DNA from: Thermoanaerobaculia bacterium
GTDB lineage: Bacteria > Acidobacteriota > Thermoanaerobaculia > UBA5066
NCBI GenBank assembly: GCA_041495865.1
Contig: JBGQDL010000003.1
Coordinates: forward strand, 1-56,316
DNA: 56,316 bases
Direction: 5' to 3'
Shown here: piece after piece, positions 36,389 through 44,722 of the stretch
Layout of the letters: the number at the start of each line of letters is the position of its first letter
How positions within the stretch are numbered: position 1 is the first letter of the stretch
Notes under the pieces: model-generated
Database searches by the model: none
Told to the model about the DNA's origin: nothing
Seen by the model: only the letters and a program-made list of their open reading frames with translations
Made by a program: the position numbers and the translations under genes

Positions 36389-38331
36389 AAATCACGGGAT
36401 TCCTCGCTGCCTCAGGCCTCGCCCTCGCCATTCTCGCGGGGTCGCCCGTGGCGCGCGCAGCGGTCCCTTGCTCGCAACAGACTCCTTGCTTCGCGCCGGG
36501 CTTCGTGAACGGGAAGATCCTTGCGGGCAGCGGGGCGGCGAGCCCGTGGAACGGGCATCCCGTCATCGCGGACCTCGGCCTCGACGGGGGCCGGAAGTCC
36601 GTCGTCTTCGTGACGTTTGCGGGGAAGCTCTGGGTCGTGAATCTCGACGGGTCGGTGCCGACGGGGTTTCCGATCACGCTCCCGGCTCAGGCGTGGGGCG
36701 GGCCCGCGGTAGCCGACCTCGACGGCGACGGCAGGCTCGACATCGTCGTGGCGTGGGGCGCTCCCCCGAACGTTTCCACAGCGCCGGGTGGCTTCGGCGC
36801 ATGGAAGAACCACGGCCCCGGCGTTGCGTTTACGCAGATGTGGACGCGCGCTTCGATGGACAAGATCGGTCCTGCGGGCGGCCCGGACGGCGTACCTGAC
36901 GGCATGGCGGGGACGCCTGCGATCGGCAACGTCTTTGGCGACGGCCACAACCACGTCGTCATCGGCGGCTTCGACGAGCACGTCTACCTCGTGGACGGAG
37001 TCACCGGATTGGACAAGCTCGGCTGGCCCGTCTGGGTCGGAGACACGATCTGGTCCTCGCCGGCGCTCGCCGATCTCGACGGAGACGGCAAGCTGGAGAT
37101 CATCATCGGGGTGGACTCGCACTTTCAAAACGGGGGTCAGCCTGTCGGCGTGATCGTGCCCAATTTGCCGAACGGCGGTTTCCTTCTCGCTCTGAACTCG
37201 AGCGCGGCGATGCTTCCGGGCTTCCCGCGCCACTTCGACCAGGTGATCCAGAGCCCGCCCGTCGTCGGCGACATCAACGGCGACGGCCGCCCCGAGATCG
37301 TCTTCGGAACCGGCACCTTCTACGCGGGCGCGGCGCACAGGGTCTACGCGGTCGAGTGCGACGGCTCGGACGCGCCGGGCTGGCCGGTCGCGATCGACGG
37401 GCAGGTGACGAATGCCCCCGCGCTCGGCGATCTCGACGGGGACGGCAAGGCGGACGTCGTCGTCACGACGGACAATTCCGGTCCGAGCCTCAAGTACCGT
37501 GTCTACGCGATCAGAGGCAACGGGACGACCATGTGGTTCACGGAGCCGAAGGAATTCAACGGCCTCAACGTGCAGCTCGGCGCCCCCGTCATCGCCGACG
37601 TCCTCGGCACCGGCAACTTCGAGGTGCTCTTCGCGGAGAACTCCGAGGTCGTCGTGCTTTCGAACACGGGGGTCGAGCTTACGGATCAGGGCGGGCGCAC
37701 GGGTAACTTTCCGTCCTTCCTGAGCGACGGCACCGTAACGGGCGTCGCCGCCGATGTGGACGGGGCCAACGCTGTGATCGTGTCGTACTCGGGAACGCCG
37801 TTTCCGGCTTTCACGAGCACGAAGCTCTACGCATGGAACCCGAAGGCCGCGCCGGCCGCGCCGCCCTGGGGGATGTTTCACCGCGACCCGGCGTCGCAGG
37901 GCCGCACGCCGAACCCGGGCATCTGCGCGCCGCGCACGCCCGTCGCGACGAGGCTGCACCCGCTGGCCCCCTGCCGCCTCGTCGACACGCGCAATCCCGG
38001 CCCGCTCGGCGTGCTCGCCGGGCCGGCGCTCGTCGCAGGCGTGCGGAGGGATTTTGCAATCGGCGGCGTCTGCGGCGTGCCCGTGACGGCGGTCGCGATC
38101 TCGGCGAACATCACGGTCACGAACGCCGGCGCACCAGGCAGCCTCACCGTGTTCCCCTCGGATGTTTCCCAGCCGAGCACCTGGGCCATCAGCTTCAGGG
38201 CCTCCAGGACCCGGGGGAACAACGCCGTCATCTACCTCTCGGGCACGACCTCGACGTTCTCTGTTTTCGACAATTCCCCAACGTCTGTCGACTTCATCCT
38301 GGACGTTAACGGGTACTTTGCGTTTCCGTGA
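36385..38331 (+). CDS. Secreted FG-GAP/VCBS beta-propeller protein with PCRxxDTR C-terminal domain
   Basis: Repeats P..ADLDGDG..EI, GWPV; ATGA overlap; ends ILDVNGYFAFP. Confidence 0.88.
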   Translation: MKITGFLAASGLALAILAGSPVARAAVPCSQQTPCFAPGFVNGKILAGSGAASPWNGHPVIADLGLDGGRKSVVFVTFAGKLWVVNLDGSVPTGFPITLPAQAWGGPAVADLDGDGRLDIVVAWGAPPNVSTAPGGFGAWKNHGPGVAFTQMWTRASMDKIGPAGGPDGVPDGMAGTPAIGNVFGDGHNHVVIGGFDEHVYLVDGVTGLDKLGWPVWVGDTIWSSPALADLDGDGKLEIIIGVDSHFQNGGQPVGVIVPNLPNGGFLLALNSSAAMLPGFPRHFDQVIQSPPVVGDINGDGRPEIVFGTGTFYAGAAHRVYAVECDGSDAPGWPVAIDGQVTNAPALGDLDGDGKADVVVTTDNSGPSLKYRVYAIRGNGTTMWFTEPKEFNGLNVQLGAPVIADVLGTGNFEVLFAENSEVVVLSNTGVELTDQGGRTGNFPSFLSDGTVTGVAADVDGANAVIVSYSGTPFPAFTSTKLYAWNPKAAPAAPPWGMFHRDPASQGRTPNPGICAPRTPVATRLHPLAPCRLVDTRNPGPLGVLAGPALVAGVRRDFAIGGVCGVPVTAVAISANITVTNAGAPGSLTVFPSDVSQPSTWAISFRASRTRGNNAVIYLSGTTSTFSVFDNSPTSVDFILDVNGYFAFP

Positions 38332-38396
38332 TAACCCCCTACACTTCCGAAGGCTCAGCGAGTAGAATTCCCGTCAGCTAGGTAAGGAGGCCGGTC

Positions 38397-38858
38397 ATGT
38401 CCAAGGCTCGCATCGAACGAGCGCTCGTCTTCGCAGGTGCTCTCGTCGCCCTCGGCGCGTTCGCGCGCCCCGCAGGCGCGCAGGGCCTTCAGTTCTTCGC
38501 GATCACTCCGTGCCGGTCGGTCGACACGCGTACGGGCAACGGGGGAATCATCTCGGCGTCGGTCCTCCGCCAGTTCACGATGAAGAACTCGTGCGGCGTT
38601 CCGGCCACGGCCAAGGCGATCTCGCTGAATTGCACGATCGTATCGCCTTCCGTCGGCGGCTTCTTCAGCCTCTGGCCCGCCGGCGGCGTGTTCCCCGTCG
38701 TGGCGACCATCAACTTCGACGCGGGAGAGCCCGCCCTCGCGAACGGCGCGATCGTCCCGATCGCGGCGGGGTCGCCGGACCTGAGTGTCGCGTACGGCAC
38801 CGGGCCAGGTAACGGCCAGCTTCACGCGGTCCTCGACGTCACCGGCTACTTCCAATAG
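38397..38858 (+). CDS. Small secreted protein consisting only of the PCRxxDTR domain
   Basis: TAGAAT upstream, strong SD taaggagg, signal peptide AGA-Q, then ITPCRSVDTR...CGVP...VLDVTGYFQ. Confidence 0.88.
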   Translation: MSKARIERALVFAGALVALGAFARPAGAQGLQFFAITPCRSVDTRTGNGGIISASVLRQFTMKNSCGVPATAKAISLNCTIVSPSVGGFFSLWPAGGVFPVVATINFDAGEPALANGAIVPIAAGSPDLSVAYGTGPGNGQLHAVLDVTGYFQ

Positions 38859-38914
38859 GGCGGGACCGGCTTTTCGCGGCTGACGCCGGCAGGACGCCGG
38901 GTTAGATTGCCGGA

Positions 38915-40792
38915 GTGCATCGAAACGCACTCCGGGGCGCGTTGCCGTTCGCCTCGCTCGTGGCGGCGGCCTGCGCCCTCACGGCCTGGCTGATCGTCTC
39001 ACGGCGCATTCCGCCCAGCGGGGACCAGGCCATCATCGCTCTCATGGCGCGGTTCATCGCGCGCGGGGGCGGCCATCCCGTCTTCTGCTGGGGCTCGACA
39101 TATGGCGGGACGCTCGAGCCCCATGTCCTCGCTCTCGCATTCGCGCTCTTCGGCGACACGATGCGCGTCTTCCGCGCCGTCATGGCGATCCTCTACTTCG
39201 CTTTCGCGGTCGGTGTCGTCGGCCTGGCGGCGCGCTTCTTCGGTCGTCCGGCGGCGATCGTCGCGGCGGTCTACTTGACCTTTCCTCCGTTTTTTCTCCC
39301 CTACAAGCTGCTGACCTCCGACGGGGCGTACGCCTCGGTGGCGATCCTCGCGCTGGCTACCCTCTGGATCTGCCTGAGCGCCGACGAGGCGCTCTCCCGC
39401 GGGCGTGAGGCCCCGGGCCACATCGCGCGCCTGGGTTTCGTCGCCGGCCTGGGCCTGTGGGTGACGCCTGTGACGCTTCCGGTTGCGGCCGTCGCCGTCC
39501 TGTGGCTCTGGATCCGCCGCTCGGAAACCGGCCGCGGCGCGTCCATTCCGGCATGGGCAGCCGGCCTTGCGGCCGGCAGCGCGCCGTGGTGGATCTGGAA
39601 CGTCCGGCACGGCTGGGCCAGCCTTCGTGCCCGTGAGGTGGCGGCGGCATCGGGCGGGGGCCTCTTCGCGAACCTGGGCGCGTTTCTCTCGGCGTCGCTG
39701 CCCGTGCTCCTGGGCGCGGCCCGACCGAATTTCCGGGACGACCCGCATGCGTCCTTTTTAGGGGCTCTCGTCCTCATGCCGCTTCTCGTCGTTCTCCTGC
39801 TCGTTCCCGCCGCCGCCGTCGCCGGATCCGACAAGCGCACGCGGCTCCTTCTCCTCGCGCTGGGGGCGCAGTCCGCCGCCACGGTTCTCGCGGCGCGTTT
39901 TTCGCCGTCCGAGCCGCGGTTCCTCATCGCTTCTTACGTGTTTCTGCCGATCCTCTTCGGCGTGGCGCTTGAACGACTGCCGCGCGGCCCCTTGAAAACG
40001 CTCTGGCTCGGCGGGTTCGCCGTCCTCATCGCGGGAGACGTCTCGAATGCCCTCCAAGCGCGCCGCCATCTCGAGGATCGGGACGACAGCCAGGTGACGG
40101 GCCCCCTGGAGCCCTTGATCGGCGCGCTCGACGACATTCGCGCGACGCGCGTCTGGGCGAATTACGCGACCGCGTATCGAGTCACGTTCGAGTCCGGAAA
40201 CGACATCATCGCGACCCCGATCTTGCGGGAGGACGGCGTGCGCGACGCGCGGGCGGACGACGCGGTGCGGGGCGCGCCGAATCCCGCCATCGTCCTCCTG
40301 CCACCGCGCGACGAATGCTTCCGGGCGTTCCTCGCGGAGGAGGGGCTCTCCTTCCGCGAGCGGCACGCCGGGTTCTTCACGATTTTCCACGGGCTTCCCG
40401 AGGCGCTGCGGGACCAGGTCCGGAGCGCGGGAACGCTTCCCATGCCGCGGGACGCCTACCGCGTTTCCTGGAGCAGGCCCGACGTGCCCGCGTCGACCGA
40501 GCCTGGGTCGCGCCTCGCGGGCCGGATCCGCGTCACGAACGAGGGCCCCTGCACGTGGATGAACAGCGTCGGGCTCCTCGCCACCTGGTCGGGGCCGGCG
40601 GCGCTGGAGGAACGGGTTCCCGTGCCCGGTCGCCGCGTCGCGCCGGCGGAAAGCGCGGACCTCGTCTTCGCGCTCGTCGCGCCCCGCTCTCCCGGGAGCT
40701 ACGACCTGCGGCTGGACCTCGAGCAGTACGGAACCGCGACGTTCTCGTCCCGGGGCGCTCCGGCTTTCAACCGCGAGATTTCGGTTCGCTAG
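38915..40792 (+). CDS. GT-C-like (ArnT/PMT-type) membrane protein with C-terminal Ig-like domain
   Basis: SGDQAIIALMA..I..G.HPVF.WG..YGGTLE first loop; many TMs; C-terminal VTNEG..W...AP..PG.Y.L.LDL. Confidence 0.75.
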   Translation: MHRNALRGALPFASLVAAACALTAWLIVSRRIPPSGDQAIIALMARFIARGGGHPVFCWGSTYGGTLEPHVLALAFALFGDTMRVFRAVMAILYFAFAVGVVGLAARFFGRPAAIVAAVYLTFPPFFLPYKLLTSDGAYASVAILALATLWICLSADEALSRGREAPGHIARLGFVAGLGLWVTPVTLPVAAVAVLWLWIRRSETGRGASIPAWAAGLAAGSAPWWIWNVRHGWASLRAREVAAASGGGLFANLGAFLSASLPVLLGAARPNFRDDPHASFLGALVLMPLLVVLLLVPAAAVAGSDKRTRLLLLALGAQSAATVLAARFSPSEPRFLIASYVFLPILFGVALERLPRGPLKTLWLGGFAVLIAGDVSNALQARRHLEDRDDSQVTGPLEPLIGALDDIRATRVWANYATAYRVTFESGNDIIATPILREDGVRDARADDAVRGAPNPAIVLLPPRDECFRAFLAEEGLSFRERHAGFFTIFHGLPEALRDQVRSAGTLPMPRDAYRVSWSRPDVPASTEPGSRLAGRIRVTNEGPCTWMNSVGLLATWSGPAALEERVPVPGRRVAPAESADLVFALVAPRSPGSYDLRLDLEQYGTATFSSRGAPAFNREISVR

Positions 40793-40835
40793 ACCCGGGG
40801 ACTCTGCGATGCTACCCGAGAAGGCCTGAGACGAG

Positions 40836-41516
40836 TTGCGCGGCACGCTGCTGAACCTGCTCGAGAACCTGACCCGTGAAGTCGAGTTCCCCGGGCCGAT
40901 TTACGAGTTCGGCGCCTATCGCGTCCCCGGTCAGCGGCACCTCCCTCACGTCAAGAGCTACTTTTCCGGGAAGCGGTTCGTGGGATGCGACCTCCGCTTC
41001 GGGCCCGGCGTCGACGAGGTCCAGGACCTCCACGCGCTCGCCCTCGAGGACGCTTCCGTGGGAACGGCGCTCCTGTTCGACACGATGGAGCACGTGCGGA
41101 ATCCGTGGCGCGCGATGTCGGAGCTGCACCGCGTCCTCAGGCCCGGCGGCCTCCTCGTGATGACGTCCGTTTGGTACTTCCCCATTCACGCGTATCCGGA
41201 CGATTACTGGAGGTTCACGGCGAGCGCCTTTCGCTCGCTGTTCGAGAGGCTGGAAACCGTCTCGGTCGCCATGTGCGGAATCCGGCGCCTGCCTCACACG
41301 GTCATCGGAGTGGCCTCGAAGGGCCCGCTGCCGCCGGCCGTGGCCGGCGCGATCGACCGGACGTTGCAATCCTGGCGCGATCGGGGATCGCGCACGTGGA
41401 AGGAGTCGGTTCTCGACCTGGCGCCCCCGCTGCTTCTCGTCCACGGCTACGACTGGTTCCTGAAGGGGATGGCCCGGATCGACCGGGCTCTGGGAAGAGA
41501 CGAGCCCCGGGCCTGA
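40836..41516 (+). CDS. Methyltransferase type 11-like protein
   Basis: YEFGA, GCDLRFGPGVD, DTMEHV, RVLRPGG, PIHAYPDDYWRFT. Confidence 0.85.
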   Translation: MRGTLLNLLENLTREVEFPGPIYEFGAYRVPGQRHLPHVKSYFSGKRFVGCDLRFGPGVDEVQDLHALALEDASVGTALLFDTMEHVRNPWRAMSELHRVLRPGGLLVMTSVWYFPIHAYPDDYWRFTASAFRSLFERLETVSVAMCGIRRLPHTVIGVASKGPLPPAVAGAIDRTLQSWRDRGSRTWKESVLDLAPPLLLVHGYDWFLKGMARIDRALGRDEPRA

Positions 41517-41552
41517 GGTGGCGGTCAGGCTGCGCGCCGAAGTCGACGTCCG

Positions 41553-43244
41553 TTAACGCCGGTCGAGCGGCCCCTCGGGCAGGAGCTTTCCGAGAAGGCG
41601 GTCGCCCGCGAGGAGGTGCCGGGCAAGCGGGATCGGCGGCCCTTCGGCGATGCGCGCGGCGGGGTCGTACGCCGGCCGGCTGCCGTCGAAGCTCGCCGCC
41701 ACGCGATAGCGCCACTCTCCGGGATCGAAATCGAACAGCAGGAGCTTGTCCCACGGCAGGACGGTGCCCTTCGAGGTGCCGGAGGCCATCGCATCGCGCT
41801 CCTCGCCCGACGCCCAGCACGCGAGGCCCGTGTCCACCGCGCGGCAGCCCGTGCCCTGGTCGGCGAACGAGAGAAACGCGTGGCTCACGACGGCGGGTCC
41901 CCAGAGGAGGTTCGCCCACGACGCGGCGAGATACGGCGCCTTCGTGGCCTGGAACGCCGGGCTGCTGGCGTTCATGAGGAGGACGACGTCCGTGCCCGGC
42001 ACGAGGCGCGGTGTGTCCTCGAGGAGCGAGAGCAGCTCGTGCCGGTGCCGCCGCCACTCGGAGAGATAGAAATCCTGGCGCTCGACGCCGCCCGCGATGC
42101 CGAGGGCCACGAAGACCGCGGGCACGGCGAGCGCGAGCACGGGCCGGCGGAGACGCCGCGCGAGGAGGCTCGTCCCGAGGGCGACCGCGAGCGACGCGGG
42201 GATCCGCGATACGAGGTGCGTCCGAAAGAAGACCTCGGCGAACTGGACGCCCGAGAACGCGGCGTTCGTCACGACGACCATGAGAAGGGCCGCGCCGAGG
42301 ACCGCGATCTCCCGGCGGGAATCGCCGGGCGGCGTCGCGCTGCCGGGCGCCTCGGCGCCGCGGGCCGCGGGCACGAACGCGAACGTGCCGGCGAGCGCGG
42401 CGACGGCGTAGACCCAGGCGGGAATCACGGAGGGCGGCGCGTCGCCCCACACGGGCCGGTCGAACAGCCACTGCCAGGGCAGAAAATTGTTCGCGACGAG
42501 AGCGAACGCGCTCCACGCGCGGTCGAGCGGCGCGAGCGGCACGAACGCCACGCTCGCGTAACTCTTCGGGTCGAGGAGAAACGGGAGGAAGAGCGCGAGG
42601 TAGGGCAGGAGGACGCCCGCCCAGAAGCCGGTCGCGAGGAGGACGCGCCGGTCGATCCGGCCGCGGGCCGCCCAGAAGAGGAGCGGCGCGAGCGCGATCG
42701 CGGGCGCGGCGCCGTCGGTCGTGAAGACGCTCGCGTTCACGAGCAGGCCCGCCAGAAGCAGCGAGAGCGCGCCGCCGCCGTTCACCCAGCGCACGGCGAA
42801 GACGAGCGCGGCCAGAAACGCCAGGGCCGACAGGTTGTAGCCGAGCGCGACGAGGCTGTTCGTCAGGAGATCGCTCGTGGCCGTGAGGACGAGCGCTCCC
42901 GCGAGAAGCGCCAGGCCGCGCCGCGCGGGGAAGAGCGCGCGGACGAGCGCGTCGAGCGCGACGCCGAAGAGCAGCCACGAGATGCCGTAGAGGGCCTGCA
43001 GGACGAGCACTGGCGCTCCGGAGGCGTACGCGAGGATGAACGGGATGCCGAGGAGCCGCCGCGTGGGCGTGGCCGCGGCGGAGAAAACGCCGCGCAGCGG
43101 CTCGTGCGCGTGGTTCTGCGCCCACAGGAGGAGCGCGGCGTCGTCCTGGAAGAGGCCGCGGTCGGCCGCGAAGAGGCCCCAGACCAGAAGCGTGAGGAAG
43201 ACGTAGAGGGGAAGCGCGGAGCGGCCGGTTCGCGGCCGAACCAT
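41553..43244 (-). CDS. GT-C-like polytopic membrane protein (paralog of 44723-46360)
   Basis: YVFLTLLVWGLFAADRGLFQDDA; coupled (TGATG) to the GT2 gene. Confidence 0.72.
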   Translation of the reverse strand: MVRPRTGRSALPLYVFLTLLVWGLFAADRGLFQDDAALLLWAQNHAHEPLRGVFSAAATPTRRLLGIPFILAYASGAPVLVLQALYGISWLLFGVALDALVRALFPARRGLALLAGALVLTATSDLLTNSLVALGYNLSALAFLAALVFAVRWVNGGGALSLLLAGLLVNASVFTTDGAAPAIALAPLLFWAARGRIDRRVLLATGFWAGVLLPYLALFLPFLLDPKSYASVAFVPLAPLDRAWSAFALVANNFLPWQWLFDRPVWGDAPPSVIPAWVYAVAALAGTFAFVPAARGAEAPGSATPPGDSRREIAVLGAALLMVVVTNAAFSGVQFAEVFFRTHLVSRIPASLAVALGTSLLARRLRRPVLALAVPAVFVALGIAGGVERQDFYLSEWRRHRHELLSLLEDTPRLVPGTDVVLLMNASSPAFQATKAPYLAASWANLLWGPAVVSHAFLSFADQGTGCRAVDTGLACWASGEERDAMASGTSKGTVLPWDKLLLFDFDPGEWRYRVAASFDGSRPAYDPAARIAEGPPIPLARHLLAGDRLLGKLLPEGPLDRR

Positions 43245-44182
43245 CAGCCGGGGGTCCTCTCCCCGACGACGTAAGGGGGGCGGTCCATCATCCGGAAGTG
43301 CATCCGCGCGAGGTACTCGCCGAGGATGCCGAGAGCGAAGAGCTGCGCGCCCGAGAAGATCGCGATGATCGACGCGAGAAACGGGAAGCCCGGCACGCTG
43401 GCGCCCTGCAGCGCGTAGCGTCCGAGGACGTACGCGAGAATCGCGAACCCGAGGAGGGTGAACAGGAAGCCCGTGAGGCTCGCGAGGTGGAGCGGCCACG
43501 TGCTGAAGCCCGTCATCATGTTGAGCGCGTGGACGGCGAGCTTGCCCACGGTGTAATTCGAGGCTCCGGCCTCGCGCGGGCGGTGCTCGACGGTGACGGC
43601 GGCGAAGCGCGTCGTGGACCACGTCAGGAGGACGTCGAGCGAAACGTACGGCCCCTGGTACGTCGCGAACCCTTCGCGAAGCGGCGTCCGGAAAGCGCGA
43701 AAGGCGCTGACCGAGCGCGCGGTCCGGGCCCCCATCGCGCCCTTGAGCGCGAGCTTCGTGAGGCGCGAGGCCAGGCCGCGCAGGAAGCCGTGCTGCTCGA
43801 AGGCGGGCGTGCCGTAGACGACGTCGAACCCCTCGTTCAGCTTCGCGAGAAGCTTCGGGATCTCCTCGGGCGGGTGCTGGCCGTCGTCGTCGAGCGTGAC
43901 GGTGATCGCGCCGCGCGCCTCTCGCACGCCGCAGAGAAGCGCGTTGTGCTGTCCGTAGTTGCGGAGAAGGCGCCGTGCGGAGAGCCACGGCCGCGCGGCG
44001 GCGAGAGACGCGAGCACGCTCCAGCTCTCGTCGCGGCTGCCGTCGTCCACGCACACGACCTCGAATCCGCCGCCGGCCGCCCCGAGGACCTTCTCGAGAC
44101 GGGCGATCAGGCCCGGGAGGATCGCCGCGCTGTTGTAGACGGGGAGAACGGCCGAGATGCGGACCGGCGAGGAAGCGGTCAT
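43244..44182 (-). CDS. GT2 undecaprenyl-phosphate glycosyltransferase (ArnC/GtrB-like)
   Basis: ISAVLPVYN, VDDGSRD, RNYGQHNA, LDDDGQHPPEEI, two C-terminal TMs, GILGEYLAR. Confidence 0.9.
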   Translation of the reverse strand: MTASSPVRISAVLPVYNSAAILPGLIARLEKVLGAAGGGFEVVCVDDGSRDESWSVLASLAAARPWLSARRLLRNYGQHNALLCGVREARGAITVTLDDDGQHPPEEIPKLLAKLNEGFDVVYGTPAFEQHGFLRGLASRLTKLALKGAMGARTARSVSAFRAFRTPLREGFATYQGPYVSLDVLLTWSTTRFAAVTVEHRPREAGASNYTVGKLAVHALNMMTGFSTWPLHLASLTGFLFTLLGFAILAYVLGRYALQGASVPGFPFLASIIAIFSGAQLFALGILGEYLARMHFRMMDRPPYVVGERTPG

Positions 44183-44225
44183 GGGATTGAAGAGATCGTA
44201 CGATATCGGCGCGTATCCTTCGCGC

Positions 44226-44699
44226 GTGCGCCTCCCCCGGGGCCTCCTGCTTCTCGCCGTGGCGCTTTTCGCCGGCGCCGCTTCCGCGTGCGTGCGCCCG
44301 CGCCGCCCGTCGTCGGTGCTGGCCGCGGAGGGCTTCTGGGCCGAGATCTCGGCCGCCGGCCTGCCAGCGTCGGTCCGCGCGGGTTCGGTCTTCACGGCGC
44401 GCGTCACCGTCCGCAACGCGAGCCCCGTGGAGTGGCGCGGCGGGCGGGGCGGTCCGAATGCGCTGAACGTCTCGTACCACTGGCTCGCGCCCGGGGGTGC
44501 GACGCTCGTCCTCGACGGACGGCGCACGCCGCTCCTTGGCCGCGTCGCGGCCGGGGAATCGGTGAGCCTCGGGGCGGCGATCGAGGCGCCCGGCAGGACG
44601 GGCGACTACGTCCTCGAGCTGGACCTCGTGCAGGAAGGCATCGCGTGGTTCGGAAGCCGGGGCTCGCGGACGTTTCGCGCGAGCGTGCGCGCGGAATAG
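44226..44699 (+). CDS. Putative lipoprotein, stand-alone Ig-like domain
   Basis: Lipobox-like ASA-C; VRNAS..W, VSYHW, DGRRT.L, APGRTGDYVLELDLVQEGIAWF. Confidence 0.75.
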   Translation: MRLPRGLLLLAVALFAGAASACVRPRRPSSVLAAEGFWAEISAAGLPASVRAGSVFTARVTVRNASPVEWRGGRGGPNALNVSYHWLAPGGATLVLDGRRTPLLGRVAAGESVSLGAAIEAPGRTGDYVLELDLVQEGIAWFGSRGSRTFRASVRAE

Positions 44700-44722
44700 T
44701 CAGGCGATCGCCGGGCTTCGCG

